Assembly (NCBI GenBank): GCA_951406725.2
Contig: OX597822.1
Location: 66,836,001 to 66,900,000 of the forward strand
DNA from: Octopus vulgaris
Lineage: Eukaryota
Direction of reading: 5' to 3'
DNA length: 64,000 nucleotides
The position numbers and the translations under genes were made by a program. The stretch's first letter is position 1. Each line of letters opens with the position of its first letter. This document shows, in pieces, positions 13,531 to 26,851 of this stretch. Below the pieces are notes generated by a model, which made no database searches, was not told the DNA's origin, and saw nothing but the letters and a program-made list of their open reading frames with translations.

Positions 13531-13943
13531 TCTTTTACTTGATTCACTCATTTCACTGCGGCCATGCTGGAGCACCGCCTTTAGTCGAGCAAATCGCCCC
13601 CAGGACTTATTCTTTATAAGCCTAGTACTTATTCTATAGTGCGCTTTTGCTAAACCGCTAAGTTACGGGGAAGTAAACACACCAGCATCGGTTGTCAAGC
13701 GATGTTGGGGGACAAACGCAGATACACAAACATATACACATACGTATATATATATATATATATATAGACACACATATATACTACGGGCGTCTTTCAGTTC
13801 CCGTCTACCAAATTCACTCACCAAGCTTTGGTCGGGCCGAGGCCATAATAGAAGACACTTGCCCAAGGTGCCACGCAGTAGGACTGAACCCGGAACCATG
13901 TGGCTGGTAAGCAAGCTACTTACCACACAGCCACTCCTACGCC
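13531..13943 (-). mobile_element. SINE family A, full length
   Basis: A/B boxes, CORE-like segment, internal (TA)n, conserved 3' tail. Confidence 0.9.
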
Positions 13944-13984
13944 TATATTAAAAGATGTAACCCATATATATTTTTTTTTATCCT

Positions 13985-14105
13985 TTTATTTGCTTCAGGC
14001 ATTTGACTGCGGCCATGCTGGAGCACCGCCTTCAGTCGGACAAATCAACCCCAAGACTGATTCTTTGATAAACCTCGTACTTATTCTACCGCCTTCTTTT
14101 GCCGA
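13985..14105 (-). mobile_element. SINE family A, 3' fragment
   Basis: TTTGACTGCGGCCATGCTGGAGCACCGCC...CTTTTGCCGAA. Confidence 0.8.
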
Positions 14106-15159
14106 AATAGTAGAAATACCAAGCAGGAAATTTTGCGTATCGGGGTCCATTTGTACGAGTAAATACATCAAAACAGTACTCAAGCATGGCGGCAGTCTAA
14201 TGACTAAAGCATGAAAAAGACGATAGATAACGATAAGTATATATATACATACATTCGCGCGTGAATGTGTATGCATGGGTGTTTAGTTGCGCGCGTGTGT
14301 GTGTATGTATGTAAATATAATTCATTTATAGGTATATAGAATTAGTGTTCAGATTGACTTCGGGCTTTAATTCAAACTTCAACTGCATCTAAAAAGAAGG
14401 CATCTCATAACTGCGTAATGAATATTGGGTACAGGCAGTATTTCGATCGACCTGGTAGATGTGTAACAAGAGAAATGTACAAACACGTGATCAACGTTGA
14501 TATAATCATGTATTCTGGAAACAGCCGTAGGATTATAAATGCACATAATCTAGCTAGCCCTCATCTAGCTCAAGATTCTACCTATCATTAACTGTCTTAA
14601 TATAATAACAATAATAGAGATGTTTCCGGAAAGAATATTAGCATATCACAAGCTTTACGGAGATTCCTCATACGGTCTCTTCCTGGTCTCTCATCATCGA
14701 AATTCCTGTAAGGTTCGTTTCTACTCTCAAGTTATATTAATATATAAATAAATGAACGTCGTAATATAACTTGATACCAGTTATTTATCTGTCTGCATCT
14801 GTATTCTGTTATGCTCATATATATGAACGTACATATATACAGATTACAAGTTCAGGCTTATATCTGTAATTATTGGGGCCCTGGGATATGTAACACACTG
14901 CCTAAATACCAATCGTGAGGAACTGAACTTCTCAAAACCAGAAAGGACAAAGCTGATTCGAAGACTACAAATCCAATCCATCACTGAAACGGTAAAAATC
15001 TATAAAACTTTCCAGAACTTTATAATTTAGATATATATGATCATGTCTAGATATGTAATTATATGCATGAGAATATATACGTAAAACAAAACATTCATAT
15101 CTGCACATGTACATGCACACAAACATCCATATATGCATGCATACATACATATAAAAATA

Positions 15160-15305
15160 CCCTGTTGTTGATGTTGAAATTCTAATGAAGGAACCTTGGA
15201 TCTAGGTTAGAAACCAGCTCTTTCTCTATTGGCAAGGAATCTTGAAGTAAAACTGCATAATGGCATACATACATACACAAATATACGTACATACATACAA
15301 ACATA
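15160..15305 (+). repeat. Unclassified interspersed repeat end with (ACAT)n tail; second fragment at ~51184-51262
   Basis: GAATCTTGAAGTAAAACTGCATAATGGCATACATAC versus GAAATCTTGAAATAAAACTGAATAACGACATAC. Confidence 0.55.
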
Positions 15306-16099
15306 CATACACATGTTCGTGTCTTTGTGAATGTATGTTTGTTTGTATGTATGCATCAATCAAAACTACATGCCGAGATGAATTGTATCTGATGCTTGTA
15401 TAAAAACCATTCTTTGTTACTTTGTACGAAAAAGTGATGTTTGTGTCTATAGGTTTATTTTTGTATTGTGACGTGCTTTGCATATTAATCTGAGAAATCG
15501 AGACTTTATGAATTTCTCAGTCCATCTGTGTATAATGTGAAAGACTACAATACCCATGACGACAAGTAATTCACATGATCATACGAATATAATGTAACAG
15601 GTGGACTAATAGAAAAAAACCACAGAGAGTTATGCATATACATATTACTATTGAAAAAACGAAAAAAGTATATGTATATACATTTTACAATAGGCTAAAA
15701 TGTGATAGGCAAGACTGTTTGAAAAAAGCTACAAAAAGTAAAAATGAAAATACATGCAGAGAAAAAAAAAACAAAGAAAACTTAACAAGATAAAACATCG
15801 ATCAGGCAAGTCTGGTCGGTGTAATTCAAGATAGTGGCCTTACACAAAAACGGCGTAGGGAAGACAATCAGAAAAAAGTAGGAACGAAAAACGAATTTAT
15901 GAAGAAAAATGTTATAAAATTAGTCATACAGATATACACACATACACAACACACACATATATACACAAAAAAAGAAAAATAACAAAATGTACATACATAC
16001 ACATACAGAGAATGCACACATACACATAACTTAAGAGTGCAATAAGAGCTAATAAGAAAATGGCAAAGAGGTAATCATTAAGACTATTTAAGATTAATG

Positions 16100-16460
16100 A
16101 AAGAAATTTGGACATGTGTTTACAAGAGGAAAACTCTCTCATCTCTCGAATTGAAGATGGAATCGTTCATTTCCATAATTATATAAGACTATTCAATGCA
16201 TAAAAAGCACGTTCTATTTCTAATACTTTAAGAGGGGGCAGGAGAAACAATATTCCAAGAAATTGAGAAATTTATGTTGTCTCTTTTAAGTTACCATACT
16301 TTTTGGATAAACTTTTACTACTTTCTTTCCGAGGATCACTAAAAGATGATCTATGATTATTCAAACGTAATTTAGGAGGGTTCTGCGTCCAACCTATTTA
16401 ATGAAACCTATAGAGATCATGTGTTGTGATAGTAGCATTATATATAATATTTTACCTATA
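16100..16460 (-). mobile_element. Penelope-like element relic: C-terminal GIY-YIG endonuclease
   Basis: Manual minus-strand translation across stops/frameshifts: NIIYNATIT...*IGWTQNPPKLRLNNHRSSF...SLSKKVW*LK...ISWNIV...APS...CFLCIE...FNSRDE..SSCKHMSKF. This matches the PLE (Neptune-type) EN pattern IY..YIG..R..H..CxLC..LNxRxE..CxH. Confidence 0.75.
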
Positions 16461-16606
16461 TATTTATGTTGTCCTTTGAAACGCACGTATGTATTGAATC
16501 TTATTTTGTATCAAATCCAATTTTGATTCAACATCTTTTTCTTCTCCAGTTTTCTATGATTTTTTAATGGTATTTTTATACTAATAACAACATTTTTCAA
16601 CATTGT

Positions 16607-16648
<42 letters not shown>

Positions 16649-17174
16649 AAGATGGAGGCCGAAATAGCACAGTAGTAAATCGAAGACATTTCAGTTTAAG
16701 GGGGAATTCAATAAGAATGATTTTAAAATTATATGAAGAAAATGTTACCAGTTTATAGGATGTAACTGCATAAATGTTTTTCGATTCCATTTTGATTATG
16801 CGGATAAACTAGAAGCTTCAACTTTGAAATTAAGGCAAGTGGCAGGTTGATGATATCTATTGGTGTAGGAGCGCCTGTCCACAAGCAGTTCCTTTCCTTT
16901 TATACAAGACAAAATATTATTTAATGATAATTCAATTTCAGACATTTATTGATACATGAAAAAATCCCCACTCCTCATTCGTAGACGCATGTAATTACTA
17001 TTTCTTGGGGCAAACGCAATTCAATTCCATTGAACAAAGAACATATTTTGTGCGCTTTTGAATATATCATAATTAAATTTCATATATTTCGTTGTCCGAA
17101 TTCATACTAGACTGAGACCTTTCTTTAAATTCCTTTATATACATGCGGAGTGATCTGATCTATGCGTGTATATA

Positions 17175-17222
<48 letters not shown>

Positions 17223-17989
17223 TATATATATATATACACGCTTATATGTGTATGTCTGTGTGTGTGTGTCTGTTTATTCAACATCATTGAATGGTAAGTC
17301 TTTCGAATATTGTGCTACACAAACAGAAAGTACTCCAAGATAATACACCTGTACATCATAACATTTATTATGCCTTTCAACATTTGTTTCTTGTTGATCC
17401 AGGTTCTTGTGGGTATCGCTTTTTCTTTCTAATCTGATAAGTACTCAACTATCACATCGGTAGTTAAAATGCAATCTATTTCAAACAATCATTCCCCTTA
17501 AAGCAAGCTCATTCAGTCACGTACAGCGACGTCGATGAGAATGCGGGCGTCGACGACGTTCATCATTTTCATGATGGCGATAGAGAAGGGGATGGTGAAA
17601 TGGAGGTCGTGATTAAACGCTCCACAGCAAGAATTATTCGAAATATAATCATGATAAACCTGGGAGTATAAATGCCAATTATAAAATCATTAATATAAGT
17701 GTTTAGAATGTTCAAGAAAAAAAAAACGAGAGCCAGACTATACTGTTTTGTGGAAGTAACATAAAAATATTGATTCCATGTGTTTTGGGAACTACTTTAT
17801 GGGTAAATATTAAGGAGTTACACTTAGCCTCTACTTCAATATTTAGTAACAGAATCTATGAAGCATTTTATTTCTTATGTCGAACACACTTATGACACCT
17901 TAGTTTCATTAACTAGGAGAATATCATACATGTACATGAATGTTCTCCTATCTGGCAGTAAATTGTTTTGCTCCTATCGTTACTATATT

Positions 17990-18640
17990 CGTTTCTACTC
18001 TAGGTACATGGCCCCATATTTTGGGAGAGGGGCCAGTCGATTAGATCGACCCCAGTGCGTAACTGGTACTTTATTTATTGACCCTAAAAGATGAAAGGTA
18101 AAGTCAATCTCAGCGGAATTTGAACTCAGAACGTAAAGACAGACGAAATACCACTAAACATTCCGCCCGGCGTGCTGACGTTTCTTATTTCTTTATTGCC
18201 CACAAGGGGCTAAACACAGAGAGGACAAACAAGGACAGACAGAGGGATTAAGTCGATTACATCGACCCCAGTGCGTAACTGGTACTTAATTTATCGACTC
18301 CTAAAGGATGAAAGGCAAAGTCGACCTCGGCGGAATTTGAACTCAGAACGTAACGGCAGACGAAATACCTATTTCTTTACTACTCACAAGGGGCTAAATA
18401 CAGAGAGGACAAACAAGGACAGACAAACGGATTAAGTCGATTATATCGACCCCCAATGCGTAACTGGTACTTATTTAATCGACCCCGAAAGGATGAAAGC
18501 AAAGTCGACCTCGGCGGAATTTGAACTCAGAATGTAGCGGCAGACGAAATACCGCTAAGCGTTTTGCCCGGTGTGCTAACGCTTCTGCCAGCTCGTCTCC
18601 TTCCGGCGTGCTAACGTTTCTGCCTGCTCGCCGCTTTCTA
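17990..18640 (-). mobile_element. Nested SINE family B (Nin-domain-like): outer copy with a dimer inserted in its head
   Basis: Outer TSD ATCGTTACTATATT (17976-17989 / 18641-18654). Inner TSD CCGGCGTGCT(G/A)ACGTTTCT (18167-18185 / 18603-18621) around dimer 18186-18602. Domain GCCTTTCATCCTTTCGGGGTCGATAAATTAAGTACC. Confidence 0.9.
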
Positions 18641-20803
18641 ATCGTTACTATATTGTATCATGACATTGCTTGTTTTTTTTCTATTATATCTTTATAGTAT
18701 TGATACAAAACACAGGCATATACCAATTTGTTTGGAATCAGTAATCGCCATGTTATCTTGTAAATTGTGTATGAAATGGTACAATTGAACCCACACCTTT
18801 AATGTTGAACAATATAAGCAGTGTCTAAACACTGGTTGTATTGATGATGAATGTTATAAATACCGTTATTTCGTGGTTGCAATAAAGCCTGTGCGCAAAT
18901 ATACAATATCTTGTGTAAAATGTTACTAAAGTAACTAATAGCCCAGCATATACGCCAAATCAAATCTAGAATTCAATTTCTTAAAATCATTTGATTAAAA
19001 GTCGTATTCTCCATCGAAGCTTAGATTGGCCGATAAACTAAATTGAAATTAATACTGATTTACTTAATTTATTGCATTCTGAACTAAAATATATATCATT
19101 GATTTATTTAAAACCCCATCTGCTTTTCGATTCACTACTGACGATTTAACGTGAGTATTTAGGTCGAGTTACTGTTGAAAAATTCATTGCATAACATGAA
19201 ATTCGTGTCTTTCATAATGAAGCATATCTGGAAACTTGATATCTCTTTTAGATATAGCCATAGTTATGTCTAAGAGCAAGTCATCTTGGTGGTGTACGTC
19301 CCACTCTGTTGTATTTATATGATTAGAAATGAGGATTACATTAATTGTAACTCCCTGTTAATTATCGGGAACATTTTTTAAATGTATTTCAAAGGCGTCC
19401 CACATTTTCGTTTATTCATACAATATGCCAACTACAAATATCCAATATGTCCTAATTTAAATAAAGATAGTGATGTTGATTTGAAGACTGATTTTTTTAA
19501 TTTCCTGCTGATAGTGAGATGTCCTAAATTCTTCCTTATTAGAAATAACAGTAAAAGAAACATTTTAAGTTAACTAAATTTATTTCACGAATTGTGATGG
19601 TTTTTAAGCTAATAAAAATATCACAAATTTGTGATTAGTCATACACTGCCTTCTTAGAAGAGGGCAGACACTCTTTAATATTGTCGTAAATGCACTCAAA
19701 ATTGTTAAATAATAGTTACACCTCTTTGGGGTTTACATACGTCTATATACGACTAGCTCATTAACAAACTAATCTACATCAACAGTTTAATCTGAATTCA
19801 ATTGAAAAAGGAGATTATTTTATTTTATTTACTTTATCATCTATTTTAAGGAAGTCACTAATACCGGAATTCAAATGTTCTGACTTCCAAGAATATACTA
19901 TTTGTACCAACTACATATAAAGTGATATAGTTTTCTCATCACATGTACTTTGTATCAGCCATTAATACATAAAATATTGAAGTTCTTTTGCCTATAGAAC
20001 GAAGAATTTATTTCATAACAACTCATTGAATTATTGATATATTTTTATCTATAATTAACGGCATTAGAGTGAAAGATGTACGAAGAAATGATTTACGTAT
20101 TAAGAATTTTAATGAATCCATGTCTTGGATTTCAAATAATGAAGATACGTCCCTCGACGACATATTATAGTATCTTGAATCAAAGGTTCATACACTTTGA
20201 ATGATTAAAATGCTGAAAATCTTTTAAAACAGAATAGTATACATAAATACGCCATTTCTACAAATATATATTCGAAGTTTGATATTTCCAATAAGGGTCT
20301 GTCACAGTTATGTATCAAAATGTCTGGAATTAAATATTCGTTGAAGTCAAATATTTAAAGTGCAGTAAGTCATTCAGAAAACAAGAAAATGTAAATATAT
20401 GTCTGGAAGTAAATTTAAAGTTTGATATTTCAAATAAACTTATCGATCATGACATTGAAAATCCATTTAAAAAAATCATATTTTTACGTCGACAAGAAAA
20501 CAATCCAATGTAATTATAGATTTTGTGCCAAGCGCTTTCTAAATGATGTATAACGAATTCTTCCACTCGGGTGAACAAGATTTCGTAAGATTTTCCACTA
20601 TAAATACTAATAAACGCGATCGGTTCAGGGCGTTATTGAAAACGATGCATAATGTGCTACTGAAAATTGAAAATCTATAGTATTATTGTTTCGTTCATAT
20701 CTGGGTAAACATAAAATTCATCTTGATTAATCGTCGAACTCAGACGCCGTAAACCAAACTAGAAGTAGATTCTATTATAACGGGCCGAACAGATTAGATA
20801 ACA

Positions 20804-20912
<109 letters not shown>

Positions 20913-21173
20913 GTAGGTAGATTGATAGATATATATCATAGAGTAACTACTGCATTTGTTGAGGATATAAAGAGTTCGGCTGATTGTTTCTCTGGAGACG
21001 GTCAGAATCATGTAGGCGCCTTTAATGAGAACCCAGTAAGGTTCGGAAATCGATTAAGGATGTTCATTTTTCAGTCCCCAGAGAAGTGCCTAAAATTTGT
21101 CCTGTTTATAATTACACAGAAACACACACACTCACCCCCCCCCCACGCACACTCATTCATACACATACACGCA

Positions 21174-21230
<57 letters not shown>

Positions 21231-22522
21231 CTCGAAAACATTTGGTCAGTGTCCTATGAAAAAATAGAGGTCTCCTCCGAAGCTTGAGAAAGTTTGCTCG
21301 TTTTTGCGCAGTGTAGACGGCGATGATTTTACTAACCTCAACTGAGTTACAGACTCCCTTACTAATGTTGAAACATAAAATGAGGTGCTTATTAATACAG
21401 ATCGAATCATTATTTGGAGGGAATCTAAATGTCATTATCTTAGTTAGTGTTGTTTCTGATGGATTTCTAAAAATGTAATGATTTGAGAAGTAGAAGTTTT
21501 GCAATGATAGAACGGTAGCTATTAATATCGAACTGGAAAAGTGTGCTATTCTGATTACGTGTTGTTTTGAGCTAGTCGACAACTTCCATATATATATATA
21601 TATACGAAAGAAGGTTTGAAAATGCAATTTAAAAGATGTTTATTTACTTTACCGGTTTCACTCTTTGGAAAAAGATTGTCAAAAGTAACATGTAGAAGTT
21701 TGGTTGCGTTAATTATTGGTTGTTGCAAAATGCTACATTACATATATACAGTCTTTGGTAACAGGGACATGTTAAGGACATAAAAAAGTTCAACAAGTTC
21801 CTTAAAATATTGGGCACAAAAGATTACTACATAAATAATCGTTCTCAAGGACATGCTTAAGATAGTTCCCAGAAGGAATTGATATTGGTATTGTATCTGT
21901 ATATTCAAACATGCACAGAATATTGGTTGACACAGAATACTATAAATATAAATATACATTCTTTGGTGACAAGATCATGTTGAGAATATAAAAAATATCC
22001 CAATGAGATCCCGGAAAGATTGTTAAATGTATCCCAAGTACATTAGCCTGCATATAACTATATTTTGTTCCCACATAAAGCATCACTACGACTACTCCAA
22101 TGACTCAGTTTACCTAATAAAATTTATACGGTCTAGATGAAATAAATATCTATGCTCTTATTCTTGTAAGTGGGTGTCAGGTGTTATCTAGCTGAGGTGG
22201 GCTCCCTATTCCATGTTTTAATTTAACTCTCAATAGATGAATGCATTTCGAAAATGTGTTGATGATGCTGTGCAGGAAGTAGCAATCCATATGGTCACTA
22301 ATCACAATCTCGAACAGAATGAAAGTGTGTTTATTAGTCCAGAGGTGATGGATGAGCTTGAAGAATTTTTTGCGGGAAAAATGCATGGTACCAAAGTTTT
22401 CCTTAGAATTTGCGTGCAAAGTGTTTCGCAAAATGAAATATCCTGAAAGTAAATGTTTGGCAACGGTATAATAATAGCTAATTACATCGAACTGGAATAT
22501 AAATTTCAAACAATAAACTTCA

Positions 22523-22730
22523 GTGGAGATGCGTGCCTCATTGTTCAGGGTGTTGTATTTTTTACAGTAAAATTATGGTTTCTATTTGTAGACCAGGCGA
22601 TGTGTAATATTCAATGAGTAAAGAACTTCATTTCACGTTGCTCCTGTGCACTCAACTGGTAAAAATGAGTAATCCGTACAGAGGGATATATATATATATA
22701 TACGCAACAGAAACTGAGAAACCGGCCTTA
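22523..22730 (+). mobile_element. Degraded SINE family C
   Basis: GTGGAGATGCGTG head and ACTTCATTTCACGTTGCTCC...AAAAATGAGTAA match the reverse complement of the 55.3-56.0 kb units. Confidence 0.7.
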
Positions 22731-23474
22731 ACATGTTTCGGTCCGGAACTTTATCGTAAATATAAAATTCGGACGCTTTACTTCACATTCTACAACGTGA
22801 ATTGTCAATGACGCTGCTTGCAGATCTTCCCTTGGTGCGTGAGATTTTACCTCAGAAAACAACCATGTATTGGTACGCATTTCACTATAGATTCTTCATG
22901 CAGAAGGCGTCCATTGGAAATATTCGAACATTGTGAAACCTATTAAATTCACCATGTTGTACACACCAACACGTTATGTATTTATTAAATAACTAATTTT
23001 ATATAGGAAAATATGATCAACGAAAACGTTGATTAACAATTTATTTTGGATTTACCTATAATTACATACCTTTTCTTTTATTTCAATACATATTAGTTAC
23101 ACAGACAGAATACAGAACACCAACATGGAAATAGTTTTTATTTTATTAAAATTTCCATTGATCTAATTAATTTCGAAGTATTTTGTTCGAAGTTTAGTTT
23201 TTGTAACAAAAAAACAACAATATTGACAAAATTATGTATACATGTAACGAATGCATCTAAATTAAAGAATTACTTCGCAAAATAATTAAATGTACTTTTC
23301 CAATCTAGCATTATTCTAGTTTGGTAACATGTTCAAATTATTTAACTATAAAATCTGAAAATTTAATTATTTCATTGTTTTATTGTGTTTTAAGTAACTA
23401 CTAAAAACTGCATATCTATTCAGTCATATATGTATGTGTACGCATTCATATGTATGTAAACATGAATGTATGTG

Positions 23475-23523
<49 letters not shown>

Positions 23524-23752
23524 CGTGCGTGTATGCATATATATAAGGAAAATAAGACAAAGTAGAAAATGGTAAAATAATTTTATCATGAAGAACATTT
23601 TAGTACCGGTTTCAGTTTCAACTTATGGTAAATCATGAAAAAATATTAAATTGTGGAAAAACTAACTGAAATGTTTTTAAAAAATATTTCTTTGGTTTTC
23701 AAATACAAGGAACATTTTTTCTTTTTTTCTGTCTATTTCACTCTCACTCCCT

Positions 23753-23787
<35 letters not shown>

Positions 23788-23860
23788 TCTGTATATATAT
23801 ATATATATACTATTTATTTGTTTGTAAGCTATTTATGTGTGTGTATATATATATAATTAT

Positions 23861-24714
23861 AATTAAGGGTATCTAAGAGATACAACCATGCTAGAGATAG
23901 CAGTCAAACTTGACTTTAAAACCACTTCATATATTCATACAGCACAAGCTGAAGAGGAAAAACTTTTTGGATAACTCAGATCCAGATTTCTGGCTCTGTA
24001 TAAATACTCTGCCTCATCAGTGAGATATACACAGGCAGTATATAACAAATATAAATAAATAAATATATAAATAAATAAATATATAAATAAATAAATATAT
24101 AAATAAATAAATATATATATATAACTTACTTGGAGAAGAGGACGACGCGTGCGTTCGGTCATATAATAACAATTTAATAAATAAAACATATGCATACATA
24201 CATGCATATATGTACATACCTACATCTATATGTATATATACATGCATATATGAGTGCAGGACACCACAAATACACGTAGAACACAACGAGAAACGAAAAC
24301 ATAGAAGCAAAACAAGGAAACAGAGTACAAGACAAACAACAGAGGGAACATTCCCCATACACAACATATGGATAATTATATATATGCGTATGTATGTCCG
24401 TATATATTGCCCGTCAAAATACCACTGCAGTGAATATAATGACGAAGCAGATATCTAAATTTTTATATAAAAGAGGATGAGATCGCTATTTAGAATACCG
24501 ATCAAATGAAGTGGTATAAAAGCCTTATAGGTACTGTGCTGTATGATTATATGAAATGGTTTTAGAGTCAAAATTTGACTGGTATCTCTAGCATGGTGGT
24601 ATCTTTTAGAGAAATTAGTTATAGTTTATTTGAATAATTATTAATACCTATAAGGTTCTTATTACCGTGCTTGTCACTTGAATTGATCGGTATTTTAGAT
24701 AACGATCTTATCCT
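23861..24714. repeat. Diverged inverted repeats carrying the CTAGA(A/G)ATAGCAGTCAAA motif
   Basis: 23873-23946 versus 24535-24609 (inverted); 24474-24533 versus 24645-24714 (inverted). Confidence 0.8.
24190..24360. repeat. Unclassified interspersed repeat, copy 1 of 3 (others ~28470-28760 and ~32280-32560)
   Basis: Shared CATATATGTAC(A/G)TACCTACAT...GT(A/G)CAGGACA...CGT(A/T)GAA...GAGAAACGAAAAC. Confidence 0.75.
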
Positions 24715-24754
<40 letters not shown>

Positions 24755-24860
24755 TGTATAAAGATATATATCCGTTTATGAATTTGTGTTACGAGATTCC
24801 TGATGTGAAATCATGGATTGAAACTATTTTTTTCTTTGTCAAATAAGCACACGCACTATA

Positions 24861-24996
24861 TATTCGTTTTTCACTCGTTTATTACTGTTCTTATTCTAAC
24901 CCGTGTCCATTGTACAGAAATCTTTCAACGAGGAGGCCACAATTGTGTGACGAATGATTTCTGGACAATAGGCATGAGGTAGGATGAGAACAGTAA
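24861..24996. mobile_element. ~140-bp hairpin (MITE-like) repeat, copy 1
   Basis: Self-complementary arms TTACTGTTCTTATTCT...GAAATC / GATTTC...AGGATGAGAACAGTAA; homologous to 25949-26093. Confidence 0.6.
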
Positions 24997-25164
24997 GATA
25001 GATAGATAGATATTGATAAAAAGTACGTGCATATATATATATATACAATAAAAGCAATTAAGATTCAAGTCAATTCTAATGAATTTACTTGAATGCGGTA
25101 CTTAACTTAGATGCACCAGAAAACTATTTGGTGTTAACCATACAGTAATGTGGGGTGATTAGAA

Positions 25165-25283
25165 ACGAGAAAGAAGCAACAAGAATGGATTAGTTTTTAG
25201 TACAATTGTTTCATACAAAGACATTGTCTTTGTATGAAACAATTGTACTAAAAACTAATCCATTCTTGTTGCTTCTTTCTCGT
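25165..25283. repeat. Perfect 119-bp palindrome (59-bp arms, 1-nt centre at 25224)
   Basis: ACGAGAAAGAAGC...CATACAAAGACA-T-TGTCTTTGTATG...GCTTCTTTCTCGT; right arm abuts (TA)n. Confidence 0.95.
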
Positions 25284-25948
25284 ATATATATATATCTCCT
25301 TTTCTCTTGGTCACTGATTCTGTCCCCTGCCTTCCACCCTCTTTGATTCCCTCTCTCTCTGTCTCTCTTTCTCTCTCTCTCCTGCAACCTGCTGCTTCTT
25401 AACCATTCTGTTGGCGATCGTATCTCGACCAACATGTGTCCCCTCTACCGAAAAGGTAATTATTTCTACGCCAGCTGATATGTTGTTTTTGTCTCATTTG
25501 GTCTAAAGTCGTAAGACAGCCACCGTTATATTTTGTTTATCCATTACTGTTTTCAATTTCGTTTTCGTCTCTTGTATTTACATCCGTCTCTTGCGTTTAC
25601 ATTCTTGTCTTCTACCAAGAAATCTAATGCTTACAGCTTAGTTTTTTTCTTGGGGCTGGCCGAGTTGGAGCAAATATCAGAATTGAACAGCCGAAATTTG
25701 CTATGATGATTCGGTGTCTGACTGAAGATTGAAGGCTTCGAATGATTTGTCTGTGTTCCGTGTTCGTCCCTTCCTGTATTTCACGTTCTTTATATATAAA
25801 AACATTTATTCTTATATTATTGCGGCGTTACGTGCACCCCCCCCCGTTTATATATATATATGTATATATTTGTATATATATATATTGTATTTCGGGGTGG
25901 TAATATATATTTTTTTGGGCCAAACAACTACACGGACTGTATAGCTTT

Positions 25949-26093
25949 TTCTTCACCCGTTTATAACTGTTTTCATTCTAACTCATGCTCATTGCCCGGA
26001 AACCTTTCCCTGAGGTGATCTCAGATGTGTGATGAAAGATTTCCGGACAAGTGACATGAGTTAAAATATAAGCAGTCATAAACGAGTAAAGAA
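25949..26093. mobile_element. ~140-bp hairpin (MITE-like) repeat, copy 2
   Basis: CGTTTATAACTG...AACTCATG...CCGGAAACCTTTC / GAAAGATTTCCGG...CATGAGTT...CAGTCATAAACG. Confidence 0.6.
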
Positions 26094-26099
26094 TATATG

Positions 26100-26140
<41 letters not shown>

Positions 26141-26213
26141 TATGTGAGAGAGAGAGAGAGAGATATTCACACACACAAATATGTACTTACTGAAGTATAT
26201 CTTTATAAATATC

Positions 26214-26380
26214 AGTATTTCGTCTATCTTAAATTCTCAGTCCAAATTCCGCCGATGTCGACTTTGCCTTTCATTCTCTCGGGGTCGATAAATTAAGTAC
26301 CATTTGCGTAGTGGGGTCGATCTAATCAAATGGCCCCCTCCACAAATATTTCGGGCCTTGTGCCTAGTGTAGAAAAGAAT
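26214..26380 (+). mobile_element. SINE family B, 5'-truncated
   Basis: GTCGACTTTGCCTTTCATTCTCTCGGGGTCGATAAATTAAGTACC. Confidence 0.85.
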
Positions 26381-26393
26381 ATCTATCTATCTA

Positions 26394-26787
26394 GGCGCTG
26401 GAGTGGTCGTGTAGTTTGCTTACCAGCAACATGGTTCCGGGTTCAGTCCCACAGCATGGCACCTTGGGCAAGTGTCTTCTACTATAGCCTCGGGTCGACC
26501 AAAGCCTTATGAGTGGATTTGGTAGAGAGAGACCGAAAGAAACCCGTCGTATTTATATATATATGTGTATATGTTTGTGTGAATTTGTGTGTCTGTGTTT
26601 GTTCCCCCCCCTCACCATCGCTGACAATCTATGTTGATGTATTTACGTCCACGTCATCTAATGGTTCTGCAAAAGAGACCGATAGGCTTACAAAAAACAG
26701 GTACTGGGTTCTACTTGTTCGACTAAAAAGGCGATGATCCAGCATGGCCGCAGTTAGCTGACTGAGACAAATAAAAGAATAATAGAA

Positions 26788-26789
<2 letters not shown>
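26394..26789 (+). mobile_element. SINE family A, followed by (ATCT)n
   Basis: GGCGCTGGAGTGG...GGTTCAGTCCC...GGCACCTTGGGCAAGTGTC...CAGCATGGCCGCAGT. Confidence 0.9.

Positions 26790-26851
<62 letters not shown>

Noticed and set aside
17520-17615. GC-richer acidic-looking reading frame
   Set aside because: Short and consistent with a decayed (GAY)n triplet repeat; no splice or homology support.
22182-22196. GTTATCTAGCTG matches the middle of miR-9
   Set aside because: Seed and 3' end differ and no precursor hairpin is evident.
26008-26045. CTGAGG...GAAA in the ~140-bp hairpin repeat as a hammerhead
   Set aside because: Core not conserved in the second copy and stem I cannot form; the GAAAG simply pairs in the long hairpin.
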